The translations under genes were made by a program, and so were the position numbers. From Squalus acanthias (taxonomy: Eukaryota), in assembly GCA_030390025.1 (NCBI GenBank), contig CM059425.1, positions 167,898,001 through 167,962,000 of the forward strand: a stretch of DNA of 64,000 bases, in the 5' to 3' direction. This document shows positions 39,610-53,297 of the stretch, in pieces (positions within the stretch are counted from its first letter, which is position 1; each line of letters opens with the position of its first letter). Under the pieces are notes generated by a model. That model saw only the letters and a list, made by a program, of their open reading frames with translations, was not told the DNA's origin and did not search any database.

Positions 39610-41612
39610 TAAAGGAGGCTTATGATAAAGTTTGGGTGCATAACACAACTAAGCTGAATACAAAAAGTACAGGGGAAAACTGAAAAAGGAAATAAGAGGG
39701 GCAAAGAGTGTATGAGAACAGATTAGCGGGTAACATAAAAGAGAATCTAAAAGTCTTTTATAAACATATAAATAGTACAAGGTTAGTCAAAGGAAGGGTG
39801 GGGCCAAGTAGGGACCAAAAAGGAGATCTTGTGGAGCCAGAGGGCATAGCTGAGGTATTAAATGAGTACTTTGCATCTGTCTTCACTGAAGAAGAGGATG
39901 CTGCCAATGTCACAGTAAAGGAGGAGGCAGTAGAGAAATTGGAGAGGATAAAAATAAATAACAAGGAGGTACCAAAATGACTGGCAGCCCTCAAAGTAGA
40001 AAAGTTTCCCGGTCCGGATAGGATGCATCCTAGGTTGCAGAGGGAAATAAGGGTAGAAATTACAGAGGTTCTGACCACAATCTTCCAATTCTGATTGGAT
40101 ATGGGAGTGGTGCCAGAGGACGAGAGGATTGCAAATGTTCCATCCCTGTTCAATAAAGGGGGGGAGAGATAAACCAGGCAATTACAGGTCAGTCAGCTTA
40201 ATGGCCTGGAAATTCATCTCGAGCGGTGACGCAAAACAGGCGGTATTGGATCGGCCGCCCGTTATACACAATGCCTGATAGTCAGTCTATTGTAGACAAT
40301 GGAATTGAATATCAGGTGCTGCGTATAACAGCCGGTCGATCTGATACCGCCCGTTTCACGCCACCGCCCGAGATGAATTTCTAGGCCAACGTCTTTGGTG
40401 GAGAAACTTTTAGAGATATTAATCTGGGACAAAATTAATTGGTACGGATTTGTTAAAGGCAAATCGTGTTTGACTAACTTAATCGAGTTCTTTGATGAAG
40501 TAACGGAGAGGGTTGATGAGGGTAGTGCAGTTGATGTTGTGTACATGGACCTTCAAAAGGTGTCTTATAAATTGCCAAATAATAGACATATTAGCAAAAT
40601 TGATGCCCAAGGAATTAAAGGGGCAGTGACTGCGTGGATACAAAATTGGCTAAGTGACAGAAAGCAGAGATTAATGGTGAACGGTTGTTTTTCAGACTGG
40701 AAGGAAGTGTGCTGGTGTCCCCCAGGGGTCAGTATTAGGACCACTGCTCTTTTTGATATACATTAATGACCTGGACTTGGGTATACAGGGCATAATTTCA
40801 AAGTTTGCAGATGACACAAAACTCAGAAATATAGTAAACAGTGAGGAGGATACTAACAGATACATGGCAGATAAAATTTAATGCAGAGAAGTGTGACGTG
40901 ATTCACTGCGGTTGGAAGAATGAGGAGAAGCAATATAAACTAAATGGTACAATTTTAAAGGGGGTGCAGGAACAGAGTCCTGGCGCTGTACGTACACAAG
41001 TCTTTGAAGGTGGCAGGACAAGTTGGTAAGGCTGCTAAAAAGGCAGACGGGACCTTAGCTTTATAAACAGAGGCATAGAGCACAAAAGCAAGGAAGTTAT
41101 ACTAAACCTGTATAAAACACTGGTTAGGCCCCAGCTGGAGAATTACATCCAGTTCTGGGAACCACACTTTAAGAAGGATGTCAAGGCCTTAGAGAAGGTG
41201 CAGAGGAGATTTACTAGAATGGTACCAAGGGTGAAAGACTTCAGTTATGCAGAGAGACTAGAGAAACTGGGGCTGTTCTCCTTAGTACAGAGAAGGTTAA
41301 GGGGAGATTTGACAGAGGTGTTCAAAATCATGAAGGGTTTTGATAGAGTAAGTAAGGAGAAACTGTTTCTAGTAGCAGAAGGAAATTCGGCAATGAGTTG
41401 TTATGATCTGGAATGCACTGCCTGAAAGGGCGGTGGAAGCAGATTCAATCATAACTTTCAAAAGGGAATTGGGTAAATACTTGAAGTGGAAAAATTTGCA
41501 TGGTTATGGGGAATGAGCAGGGGAGTGGGACTAATTGGAAAGCTCTTTCAAAGAGCCGGCACAGGCATGTTGGGTCGAATGGCCTCCTCTGTGCTGTATC
41601 ACAATGATTCTA
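39610..41612 (+). mobile_element. Decayed 5'-truncated CR1 LINE
   Basis: RT motifs with stops and frameshifts; 3' UTR ends in gattcta. Confidence 0.9.
40203..40387. mobile_element. 185-bp palindromic MITE inside CR1
   Basis: Arms of about 65 bp, ggcctggaaattcatctcgagcggtg... / ...caccgcccgagatgaatttctaggcc; flanks AAT and AAC. Confidence 0.85.
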
Positions 41613-42424
41613 CAATCAACTTTCGGCTTTAATTTGTTGGCTCATGTGACCGGGGGGGGGGGGGGGGGGGGGGGCGACATTGTCAGTTTACTGAGCAATT
41701 CTTTAATATTTCCGGTTTTGTAAACATTGTTCCATCATTGGATAAAATGTGAATGGACTCTTTATTTTGCTGAATATGAAAAATATGCCCTCTGTCCTAC
41801 CACTAGATACTATTTGTTCAAAAGCACCAGACCTCCAGATTACATACAAGCCTTTGGTGCCAAGTTGGAATGCTCAGATCGCCATGAGAATCACGACCCA
41901 CAGCAGCCCAGGGGAGAGGCCAGTGTCCCTGTACTAAGTCCATTTTACGTGGCGTTTTCCTATACACATAGATACAGGTAGCTGAACCCTGTAAATCCAA
42001 CAGTTTCATTAAAAAAATATCTCCAGGCATTGTTATTCATTTTTGAGAATTGCTGAATCTGTAAGTTGAGAGGTTAGTGAGCAACTCCACCACCGGTAGG
42101 TTTACTATTGCAATCATGGCCGGGTAGAGCAATGGCACGTTTAACTGCTGTAGATGGAAGCTGTTTCTTTATGTGTTTGACCTCAGGGCTCTGAAAGTCA
42201 ACCTGTTTAAAGTTACACAAAAACAACAGTCAATGCCTTCAGGAGAGGAGATGGGGAGAAGACCGAAACAAATACATTGCAATTGTATTTTCATTTTCTG
42301 GCTGTGATGTTGGGGGAAGCTCCAGAAAGGTCAGCAATTCATAAACCGTCATCTTGCCAAAAGTTCTTCATTATGCAGTGGAACCTTCCTACTGTGATCA
42401 TTCTGGGACCTCACTGCATTGGCT

Positions 42425-44010
42425 ATATAAATCCCCAGGCCCGGATGAAATGTATCCCAGGCTGTTAAGCGAAGCAAAAGAGGAAATAGCAGAGGCCCTG
42501 ACCATCATTTTCCAATCCTCTCTGGCTTCAGGTGTGGTGCCGGAGGACTGGAGGACTGCTAATGTGGTACCCTTGTTTAAAAAGGGAGAAAAGGATAGAC
42601 CGAGTAATTACAGGCCAGTCAGCCTAACCTCGGTGGTGGGGAAATTATTGGAAAGAATTCTGAAGGATAGGATAAATCTTCATTTAGAAAGAATCGGATT
42701 AATCAAGGATAGTCAGAATGGATTTGTTAAGGGAAGGTCGTGTCTGACAAACTTGATTGAATTTTTTGAGGAGGTAACAAGGAGGGTAGATGAGGGTAGT
42801 GCGTTTGATGTAGTGTATATGGACTTTAGCAAGGCTTTTGATAAGGTTCCACATGGCAGACTGGTCACGAAGTTAAAAGCTCATGGGATCCAGGGCAAAG
42901 TGTCAAGTTGGATTCAAAACTGGCTCGGAGGTAGGAAGCAGAGGGTAATGGTTGATGGGTGTTTTTATGACTGGAAGGCTGTTTCCAGTGGGGTTCCGCA
43001 GGGCTCAGTACTAGGTCCCTTGCTTTTTGTGGTATATATCAATGATCTAGACTTGAATATAGGGGGTATGATTAAGAAGTTTGCAGATGATACTAAAATC
43101 GGCTGTGTGGTTGATACTGAAGAAGGAAGCTGTAGACTGCAGGAAGATAGCAATAAATTGGTCAGGTGGGCAGAACAGTGGCAAATGGAATTCAATCTGG
43201 AGAAGTGTGAGGTAATGCATTTGGGGAGGGCTAACAAGGAAAGGGAATACACATTAAATGGTAGGACACTGAGTAGTGTAGAGGAACAAAGGGACCGTGG
43301 AGTGCATGTCCACAGATCCCTGAAGGTAGCAGGCCAGATAGATAAGGTGGTTAAGGAGGCATACGGAATGCTTGCCTTTATTAGCTGTGGCATAGAATAC
43401 AAGAGCAGAGGGGTTATGCTTCAACTGTATAAAACACTAGTTAGGCCTCAGCTAGAGTACTGCGTGCAGTTCTGGTCACCACATTACAGGAAAGATGTGA
43501 TTGCACTAGAGAGGGTACAGAGGAGATTTACAAGGATGTTGCTGGGAATAGAGAATCTTAGCTATGAGGAAAGACTGGATAGGCTGGGTCTGTATTCCTT
43601 GGTACAGAGGAGGCTGAGGGGAGACCTTATTGAGGTGTATAAAATTATGAGGGGCACAGATAAAGTGGATAGAAAGGACCTATTTCCCTTAGCAGAGGGG
43701 TCAAAAACCAGGGGGCACAGATTTAAAGTAATTGGTGGAAGGTTTAGAGGGGATTTGAGGGGAAATTTCTTCACCCAGAGGGTTGTGGGGGTCTGGAACT
43801 CACTGCCTGAAAAGGTGGTATAGGCAGGAACCCTAACCACATTTAAAAAGTACTTGGATGTGCACTTGGGATGCAGTAACCTGCAGGGCTACGGACCAAG
43901 AGCTGGGAAGTGGGATTAGGCTGGATAGCTTTTTGTTGGCCGGCACGGACACGATGGGCTGAAATGGCCTCCTTCCGTGCTGTAACTTTCTTTGATTCTA
44001 TGATTCTATG
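42425..44010 (+). mobile_element. Well-preserved 5'-truncated CR1 LINE (open RT of about 465 codons)
   Basis: ORF 42354-43823 contains [25 protein letters not shown] and FADD; (tgattcta)n tail. Confidence 0.95.
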
Positions 44011-45051
44011 AAATGGCTGTTAAATGCAGTATCCTCAAGCTCCTCGGTTAGTTCCTGACAAGAGCCCTGCCTTCACCATGAGAGTTGGGAATGAGTGTTC
44101 TCCCACTCAGCTCCTCACAGTTATCCCCTGTTGCCTCACCTACACATGGTAATCCAGCCCTCCCTGTTAACTCCAGCCTTCCAGCATTTTGACCCAGCGA
44201 AGATGAAGGAGCGGCGATATATTTCCACATCTGGATAGTGTGTGACTTGGAGGGGAACTTGGAGGTGATGGTGTTCCCATGCGCCTGCTGCCCTTGTCCT
44301 TCTAGGTGGTAGAGGTCATGGGTTTTGGACAACATACTGGTCCTCAATTGTTAGGTTGGGTCCCTTCCGAATTTGGAAAACAGCAACTACCAGCAAAGGA
44401 GGTTCCAACCCCTGGCTCCACTCCTTTGGTGACATTGGCCTTATAAGGGGCAGGCAGAGGTTCTGTCCCTTACAAGACCATCGGTAACTCCTGCAGTCAG
44501 CAGGGATCAGGCAGAACCAGGTTCCTGCCTTTTTATGGTAGGTTCCAGGAGACTGGCAGAATCCTCGAGTAAATTTGTGGCTATTATCTCAAAATTTATT
44601 CATTCAATTTAGGGGAAAAAACTGTCAGAGAATTTACAAACTGAACCATCCACTCTCATCACATGAATTCATTCTAAAGTCTAATAACAACAACAAATTA
44701 ACTGATAGGATATTTTTCAATCTTTTCAATCATATCAGCAGAAAGTCACACTAGATAGATCTTCCAATAACCAAATGCAATGATAATCCCATAAAATATA
44801 TTTCATTGATTTTCATGAACACAAAGCTGGGTGGTTTTTAAGTAGCTGCTCTGCATGATTTTTTGGTGGTGTGATCCCGGAATTCCGTGTCATTTATGCT
44901 TATGTAGTGCCCTCTAGTGGCAAGGGTATGTTCTACAAGTGGCTCAATCACATTCTCATGAGAGTTTCATTTATGTACACTGTCCAGACGGGAGTTATAA
45001 GATACTTGGCAAGACTAGGAACCCTAGCTAATTTTCTTCTCCCTAGCCCTG

Positions 45052-45460
45052 TACTACAACAACAACATTAACAACTTGCATTTATACTGCACCTTTAATG
45101 TATAGACCGTCCCAGCATGCATCACAGAGGTCTAAGGAAAATAGACGCCAAGCCGGGAAGAGTGACGTTACAAGAGATAACCAAAATCTTGGTCAAAGAT
45201 TTCAAGAAGATTTTTAATGGAAAGGAAGGCGGAGAGGTTTAGGGATGATCTCCAGAGTGTAGGATCGGTACAGCGGAAGGCTCTGCTGCCAATGTAGGGA
45301 TGCACAAAAGACAAGAGTCAGAGGAAAGGAGTGTTTAGGGAGATACAAGGCTGGAGCAGACTGCAGAGATAGGATGGAGCAAGGCCATGGAAGGATTTAA
45401 AATGAGGACAAGTATTTTAAATTTAATGCCTTGGGGAACAACAATCCAATATAGGTCAGT
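45052..45460 (-). mobile_element. Old L2 3' fragment
   Basis: (caa)n tail plus cttgcatttata; similar to the reverse complement of 46208-46716. Confidence 0.65.
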
Positions 45461-45630
45461 AAGATTGGTTAACGGACAGAAAACAGAGAGTAGGAATAAA
45501 CGGGTCACTTTCAGGATGGCAGGGCATAACTAGTGGAGTGCCGCAAGGATCAGTGCGTAGGCCTCTTAATTCGGTTTCTGTTTTTTCCTTTTTCATTCTG
45601 CCCTATTTCCTTTACAGCTCTCCTCTTTCC

Positions 45631-45765
45631 GACATTACTATTCCTACAGTTTCCTACACTACACCTGTGACTACACTTCAAAAGTACCTCATTGGCTGCG
45701 AAATGCTTTGGGATGTCCTGAGGTGGTGAAGGGTGCTGTATAAATGAAAGCTCTTTCTTTCTTTC
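45631..45765 (+). mobile_element. Deu-SINE 3' tail fragment
   Basis: Matches 34980-35096. Confidence 0.7.
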
Positions 45766-46207
45766 GCTGGTATTGCTGCAGCTGTCCGACATGTTGCATA
45801 GACACTATCGACAATAGTCAGACATTGCTGGGAAGCTGCTCCACTGCCAGACGTGTGGCCGGGCGGGACTTCCATCCCCCTCTTGGAAAGGATGCCGACC
45901 CTGTCCCAAATCCTTGGGTCATTTTCATATTGGGGATAGACGGTGTGTGTCTGTGTGGTGGAGCTACACAGCTGCCAGAAAATCAGAGCAGCCCCCTGCC
46001 ACTTTGATTGGGTGGAGGGGCACGGACATTTAGACGCTTTTAATGGACTGAAGAGTGCCCTGAAAAAAAAATCTTCTTTCCTTGCAGCTAATCCAGGATC
46101 TGCAGTCTGTAATTACCTTTGCTGTCCAACATTTCCAGGGCTATTCGAAGGCCCAGCACAGATCCACTAAGAGTTGTGTGCTGTCAGAATTCTTGGAGTA
46201 GCCCAGG

Positions 46208-46716
46208 AACGGCCTCCCATCTTCCACCCTCCATAAACTTGAGCTCATCCAAAACTCTGCTGCCCGTATCTTAAATCGCACCAAGTCCCGTTCACCCATC
46301 ACCCCTGTGCTCGCTGACCTACAATGGCTCCTAGTCTGGCAACGCCTCAATTTTAAAATTCTCATCCTTGTTTTCAAATCCCTTCATGGCCTCGCCCTCG
46401 CCCCTCCCTATCTCTGTTAGCTCCTCCAGCCCTACAACCCTCCTCCAATTCTGGCCTCTTGAGCATCCCCGATTTTATTCGCTCCACCATTGGTGGCCGT
46501 GCTTTCAACTGCCTAGGCCCTAAACTCTGGAATTCCCTCCCTCTCCGCCTCTCCCCCTCTCTCTCCTCCGCTAAGACGCTCCTTAAAACCTACCTAATAT
46601 CACCTTACGTGGCTCGGTGTCAAATTTTGTTTGATAACGCTCCTGTGAAGCACCTTGGGACGTTTTACTACGTTAAAGTACTATATAAATGCAAGTTGTT
46701 GATGTTGTTGTTGTTG
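46208..46716 (+). mobile_element. L2 3' fragment with (ttg)n tail
   Basis: GLPSSTLHKLELIQNSAARIL...ITPVLADLQWL and GGRAF..LGPKLWNSLP. Confidence 0.85.
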
Positions 46717-48202
46717 TATGCCCCAGAGGCTGCACAGCAAATATAGGGAATGGGCTTAATAAGTGCCCGTCACCTCGTGCCACCCCCCCCCCCCCACCCC
46801 CCGCCATGGAGATGTTTTGGTGGAGTCTAAATCTGGCAGAAATCCAGTGGATCTAAGCAGGTGCAGCTCCTAATTCCCGCCTTCCCCAACCCAGGATTTG
46901 CATGCCTCATTCTTTAGTGTCATTTAGGAAAACAGTTGGAAACAAACAGGACATTCCAGTAAAATAACTCTTAACTGATAGACAGGGGGAAATTTTCTGA
47001 AAAAGGGCCGATTAGTCAGGTGCAACAAACCACTTCCTACCACCATGAGATGATGGAAGTATAGCAGACCAGAGAAAGAGACTTTTAATGTTTAATCTGA
47101 AAATACTTAATGAATTTGAAAAATATTTCACTAAAGTACGTATACATTGTCCTAAAAATTGATTAATTTCAGTGGAAGGTGCTTGAATGTAAAATAATAA
47201 TTGACTGCAAATTGTGCAGAGAAGCAGCTGACACAATATTTATAAATATGCTGTCTCCTATAACAAAAACTGACATTTCTGTCTTTTTCACACACAAAAA
47301 GAAAATTTAGAGCCAAAATGGAGACTATCCGCATTCACTAAGTTGCAAAATTAAAACAGGTGCTCTGGGTGTAGATAAATAGATACCTGATTAAAGGACT
47401 TAATTTCATCCCATTGATGGATTGGAACCAGATCTAGAGATCTTAATGTGTATAGTTAGACAGACAAGAATGATTGGTTAGCATCTGGTCGATACAGATG
47501 GCTTTGTGTTCTGTGACTGCTATGTTATTAGAGAAAACCACTGTAAAGTGTGATATAAGATTGATGTTATTGTTATAGGCTAAGACAGTATTGTTGCTTT
47601 GATGCCAAATAGCCTCAACAATTCTGGTTTTACATCAAAGGAAGGGTTGTCCTTATAATCCAGGGACCCTCTTGTGGTCTTCAGTCTTCTATTAGTCCAG
47701 TCTGTTTTGTATAAGGGAAGAATAGGGCTCCGCAAAGTATCATCTCAGATAAAGCAGCATCAAAGACTGTAGATGTGCACCTCCCATCCCACAAGGATAC
47801 CATGGGCCTCCCCTGTCCCGGGCTTCCCCCATTCCCTGATCATGGACTCGACAACCACACCCACCCCCCACCCCACCACCAAATCTCTACTTACCTTACC
47901 GTGCAGCATTTCTGTGGGCTCCCGGCTGCAGCCTGACCCCCTCACCAATTTTGACTCCCACGCCTTCTGCCGGAGTCACTGTCAGGGCATGCAAATGAGG
48001 CCTGTGGTCCGGACGTTTTGCCACCTGCTTCCCCACCCCACCACCCCCCCCACCCCCCACACCCCGTCCCTCCGGCACCTCAGATCTCCACCCCGAGCTA
48101 AAATCAGCAAAGTGTTACCAAGAACATGTGAGAAAAGCTAGAAGAATTTTGACCTCTATTTTCTTTTTGTTTTAACAGTCACACCAGATTATGTACCATG
48201 TA

Positions 48203-48503
48203 AATAGAACTTACACACAGAAACAGCCCATTCGGCCCAACAGGTCTTTGTGATACTCCTCCCACCCGACTTCATCTCATCCTATCAACATATCCTTCTA
48301 TTCCTTTCTCCCTCGTATATGTATCGAGCTTCTCCTTAAATGCATCTATGCCAGTCATCTCAACAGCTCTTTGTGGTAGTGAGTTCCATATTCTCTCCAC
48401 TCTCTGAGTAAAGAAGTTTCTCCTGAATTGCTTATTGGATTTATTAGTGACTATCTTATATTTATGGCCCCTAGTTTTGGACGCCTCCCACAAGTGGAAA
48501 CAT
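48203..48503 (-). mobile_element. CR1 3' fragment
   Basis: KTRGHKYKI...RRNFFTQRVERIWNSLP...FKEKLD. Confidence 0.85.
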
Positions 48504-49570
48504 GTAAGTCTGTTATTGCGCTGTATTAATACCTTGCTGCTTTTGCTTCAATAATTTATTTTATCCATTAACTGCTTTCCATAATTTAGGATTCACCGTT
48601 CAAGATTGGATATGCTAACCCACACATCGAGAGAATAAAGAGGTAGGTTTCAGTTCAGGAGACTGTTTATGGAAACTATAATCTGGCCATGAACATGGGG
48701 AAGCTGTTGTGGGGGGTGGGGGGAAAACACCAACATCTATTGACATAAAATCAGCACTGCATGAACTCCAACGTTAGTGGACCTGTGAAGATTAAATTTT
48801 TTTTCCACAAGGCCTCGGAAAATGACTGTGTCCCGAGGCCAGACAGTTGCTGAAAGCAACACTAATATTACAGAAAAAGGCACTTAGAATATTAGAATAA
48901 TATTAACCCTAAGCTATAAAAATGTAAAATACAATTTTAATTAAAAATAGAAACCTTTTAATTCTACTCACCTTGCTCTTTCCCCGATCCTTCTTCCCAT
49001 TTTCTATCTGGGTCATTTTTATTTTTCTAATTTAATTTAATTTTTTTTAAACTAATCTAACGATCTATTTTAACAACTTTTCTAATTTCAAATCTTGCCT
49101 TCTTCTTTCTCTTAGTTGCCTCCACTAACTTTGGAGGTAAGAGCAATTTCTTTTTAAATTGGGCCCCAAATGTGATCTTGAGAGTTTGGTCAGGTTCATG
49201 TCCACCACAGAACTCCAACCAAAGGTCGCAGGGTCAGACACAGGCCCTCTAGGACCGGGCTTTGGGCAGTGCAGACATGCATCTGCAGCACCCACCCCCT
49301 CACCACAGACCATGGAAATGTGGGTGGAAGCTGACTGTGTCTCTCAGTCGGGACCTAGTATAGCATCCGCAAAGGTAATCATGGTCTCACCTTGTCTTAA
49401 GGTGCAAATCAAAATGATTATGTGCCTTACTGTGCAGGCCGAAACATCCTAACTGACATGTGTTCTGCCTTTAATTATACTGTGCTCAACTGGTGCTATT
49501 AGCAGGAAACTTTCTTTTCCATGTTTAAAACATAAGAACATAGAAGAGCACGGAAGAAGAATATGCTCAC

Positions 49571-49709
49571 CTTGTCAGTACATCCTGCAAAACATGGGGA
49601 CAGGTAGGTGATGCCATCAGACCCACAGACTGGGTTGAAGTTCTTTTTTGTACACCCGCAATCTTCGTTACATGGTGCCGTTAGATTCCTTTTGAACCCA
49701 TCGAAAGAA
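49571..49709 (-). CDS. SLCO3A1: SLCO3A1-like coding exon (equivalent to human exon 7; Kazal-like extracellular loop), 139 bp
   Basis: Minus strand: tttctttag|TTCTTTC...GACAAG|gtgagc. Translates SFDGFKRNLTAPCNEDCGCTKKNFNPVCGSDGITYLSPCFAGCTDK, matching the OATP Kazal motif PVCGxDGITYLSxCFAGC. Confidence 0.93.
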
Positions 49710-51806
49710 CTAAAGAAAAATTCAAAAGTCGCAGTGAGAAAATGTTCAGAAGCTAAAAGCTGTATTAGAACCCTCGGCAGGCTGCCAATCTATTTACATG
49801 TTACTAGAAGCCCAGATACTGCGAGCACTCAGCTTCTACATGTTCCAGACATAGTGGGGATGTGATTACTGAACTAAAACAGCTGATGAAGTTGATGCTG
49901 TCCTCAACAGTCTAGAGCTTAATACAGTGACAGCCCCATTACATTCATGTTTTCTCTCGCTTGTTTCAAATGGTGGAAGTTTTATATTGAGGCCAATATT
50001 TTTCTCTAGTTTACAATCTGTATTCAAGAGCAGCTGTTACATTTAGTGGCAGCGCACTTGATTTATACAGACTCCACTAACTGCAATTCATTTGTTAAAG
50101 TGACAGATTATCTGTAAATGGCCTTGTAAAATAGAAAGAGAGGTTTTCATTTAACACGGTTCAAGTTCTGGCAGGGAACTTGCTTATGGATATGAGTAAT
50201 GACTGAGTGGGATGAGCACAAAACCAGGCCTGATAGCCAACCTCTGGAAGAGGAGGAGATGATAGGGATTAACTTTCCTAAATTTATCCCCCAAGGGTGA
50301 ATAGAAAACTGGGGACTGAACCAAATTTTCACTAAGCTGGTAGATAGAACATTTGGATTTGGCCTAGCATTGTCATGGCCTCATTGTTGGCTCACCTTGA
50401 CTGATGAGCTCCAACAAGTCTCGGTCAGGTAGTTAAGTAGTGTGTTTTACATTCCATCCATCTCACCTCCACAAAGGTTAAACTACACTCCTGTTATTGT
50501 TGATGAGTCCACAATTCCATTGTTCCCTATTCGAGCTGATAGCAGATGGCATGGGAAGGACCAGAATGTGGGGACACTCAATCAGCCAGGAGTATAGTGA
50601 GTTATGAAGGAGCAATTCAGTTATAAGAACTGCTTCTACTGTGCTCCTTGACCATAAATTAATTTACCTCCATGAAACAAGTAAAGTTCTACGTTTTCTC
50701 ATGAGATAACCTGACAACACCTGGCCATAAAAAGTATTGGTACAGATGTGCACCTCCGTCCATGCCAGCTATCCATGTTTCACTCAGTCAGTGTGTTGGG
50801 TTCAGTGTCCACTTGTCTGTGTTCATGGACAAGAGATGCCTGCTGCATTCAGTAAAAACCAATTTCCAGTTTGGGTCCTAAAACAGGCAGTAGGCCCTTT
50901 ATTAGCATATTCAAGGTGCCTAATGTCTGGTTCAGGCGGCCTCCAGGGACACCGCTGCAGCGCCTGAACAAATATGGCGTTGGACGTGTTTTAGACGCTA
51001 TTCATGCATGGAAGGCTGCCCCTCTAAATAGGACTTCTTGGCACCAGTTTTCTGCCCAGAAAACGGGCATAGCGTGGTCCAATTTCACCCCCTCCATTTG
51101 CCCTCGTGAAGAGTGATAATACCGTGCTGGTATACTCTTCCTGGTGGGAATGTAACATAATTGCTACATGTAGTAGTATAAACAACACCTGCTGCTTTAG
51201 CTACCCTTTTAATCAAAGCTAAATAGTTATGACTAGCTGACAGGACATACTGTCACAGTAAATGATACTTGTAGCAGGAATGAACGTGGCTGCAAACAAA
51301 ACCATCTGGTAAAAGTGCCTCCCAGTGTCAATGTAAAATAAGGGCTGCTATTAATGTCGTAAGATGGCAATTGAGCTATTGAGCTTAACCTAAGATGAGG
51401 CGGATAGTTCAACCGTGGCACTAGTTACTGTGCTGTATGTTTTTTGTTTCCGCATCTGTTTATTATTTTTGCAAGGCTCTCCAACACAACTCTTTCCCGT
51501 ATTCCCACACTCTCAGCAGAGCACGCAGAAATCGTGTTGCTTAATTTCATAAGACTGGCTGCAGATTGATGTTCCAATAGTGGTAGAGGCCTCGATTTTG
51601 CATCAGGGAGACTTATAGTTTGTTCCAGCAATAAATCAAAACGTCCAGACATTTTAAAATGTAGCAACCCTCAAGCAACAGCAAAATAGAGTAGGATGTT
51701 CAGCAATACGATAGCAAAATACTGCGGATGCTGGAAATCCGAAATAACAACAGAAAACGCTGGAAAAACTCAGCAGGCCAGGCAGCATCCGTGGAGAGAG
51801 AAAGAG

Positions 51807-51843
51807 AGTTGACGTTTCAGGTCGATGACCTTTCATCAGAACT
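51807..51843 (-). ncRNA. Minimal type-I hammerhead ribozyme motif
   Basis: AGUU-CUGAUGA-A-AGGUC-AUC-GACCU-GAAAC-GUC-AACU: conserved core, stem II and stem I pairing, GUC cleavage triplet. Confidence 0.8.
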
Positions 51844-52109
51844 GGGAAGAGCTGGAAATCAAATAGATTTAAGGCCAGGGTAAAGCTGGGAAAAGGGGGA
51901 GGGGATAAAGGAACAAAGGAGGAGATGAAGAGACATTAAGAGATATGCAAGGCTAGAGGTGGTGTTAATGTGACAGATTAAGGCTGAATGAAGTGTGAAA
52001 TCCACTGGCAGAATGAAGGACAGCTGCCAGCTTCTAGGAGGAAAAAAAAGGTGGGGGGGACAAATAAAAGGGTGGATAAAATAAAATATAAATGTGATTG
52101 GAGCTGAGG

Positions 52110-53297
52110 TTATGATCTAAAATTGTTGAACTCGATATTGAGTCCAGAGGGCTGTAGCGTGCCTAAACGAAAGATGAGGTGCTGTTCCTCGAGCTTACGC
52201 TGAGCTTCCGTGGAACAGTGTAATAGGCCGAGGACGGTGAGGTCAGAGTGGGAGTGAAGCGGTGAATTAAAGTGACAGGCCACCGGGAGCTCGGGGTCCC
52301 CCTTACGGACTGAACGGAGGTGTTCCGCAAAGCGGTCACCCAATCTGCGTTTGGTCTCCCCAATGTAGAGGAGTCCACATCGTGAGCAGCGAATACAGTA
52401 TACTAAATTGCAGGAAGTACAAGTAAATCGCTGTTTCACCTGGAAGGGGTGTTTGGGGCCCTGGACAGTGGGAAGAGGGGAGGTATAAGGGCATGTGTTG
52501 CATCTCCTGCGCGTGCACGGGAAGGTGCCGGGCGAAGGGGAAGGGGTGCTGGGGGTGGTAGAGGAGTGGACTAGGGTGTCGCGGAGGGAGCGGTCCCTGC
52601 GGAATGCTGAAAGGGGAGGTGAGGGGAAGATGTGTTTGGTGGTGGGATCACGCTGGAGGTGGCGGAAATGGCGGAGGATGATCCGTTGAATGTGGAGGCT
52701 GGTGGGGTGAAAGGTGAGGACAAGGGGAACCCTATCGTGGTTCCGGGAGGGAGGGGCAGGGGTGAGGGCAGATGTGCGGGAGATAGAACGGACACGGTCG
52801 AGGGCCGTGTCGACCACGGTAGAGGGGAATCCTCGGTTGAGGAAAAAGGAAGACATGTCGGAAGCACTGGTATGGAAGGTGGCATCATCAGAGCAGATGC
52901 GGCGGAGACGGAGAAACTGGGAGAATGGAATAGAGTCCTTACAGGAGGCGGGGTGGGAGGAAGTGTAGTCCAGGTAGCTGTGGGAGTCGGTGGGCTTGTA
53001 GTGAATGTTAGTCAATAACCTATCCCCAGAGATGGAGATGGAGAAGTCGAGGAAGGGAAGGGAAGAGTCGGAGATGGACCATGTGAAGGTGAGGGAAGGG
53101 TGGAAATTGGAAGCATAGTGAATGAAATGTTCTAGTTCAGGGCGAGAGCAGGAGACGGCACCGATACAGTCATCAATGTACCGGAAAAAGAGGTGAGGGA
53201 GGGGACCCGAGTAGGACTGGAACAAAGAGTGTTCCACATATCCCACGAAAAGGCAGGCATAGCTAGCACCCATGCGGGTACCCATAGCAACACCTTT
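52110..53297 (-). CDS. Penelope RT (C-terminal part) plus GIY-YIG endonuclease, open but 5'-truncated
   Basis: KGVAMGTRMG, RYIDDC, LPFLD, HYKPTDSHSYL, and VYCIRCSRCGLLYIGETKRRLGDRFAEH (GIY-YIG). Confidence 0.92.
   Translation of the reverse strand, partial: KGVAMGTRMGASYACLFVGYVEHSLFQSYSGPLPHLFFRYIDDCIGAVSCSRPELEHFIHYASNFHPSLTFTWSISDSSLPFLDFSISISGDRLLTNIHYKPTDSHSYLDYTSSHPASCKDSIPFSQFLRLRRICSDDATFHTSASDMSSFFLNRGFPSTVVDTALDRVRSISRTSALTPAPPSRNHDRVPLVLTFHPTSLHIQRIILRHFRHLQRDPTTKHIFPSPPLSAFRRDRSLRDTLVHSSTTPSTPSPSPGTFPCTRRRCNTCPYTSPLPTVQGPKHPFQVKQRFTCTSCNLVYCIRCSRCGLLYIGETKRRLGDRFAEHLRSVRKGDPELPVACHFNSPLHSHSDLTVLGLLHCSTEAQRKLEEQHLIFRLGTLQPSGLNIEFNNFRS

Noticed and set aside
41652..41674. Poly-G run
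   Set aside because: Simple homopolymer with no structural context; its length may be a sequencing artefact.
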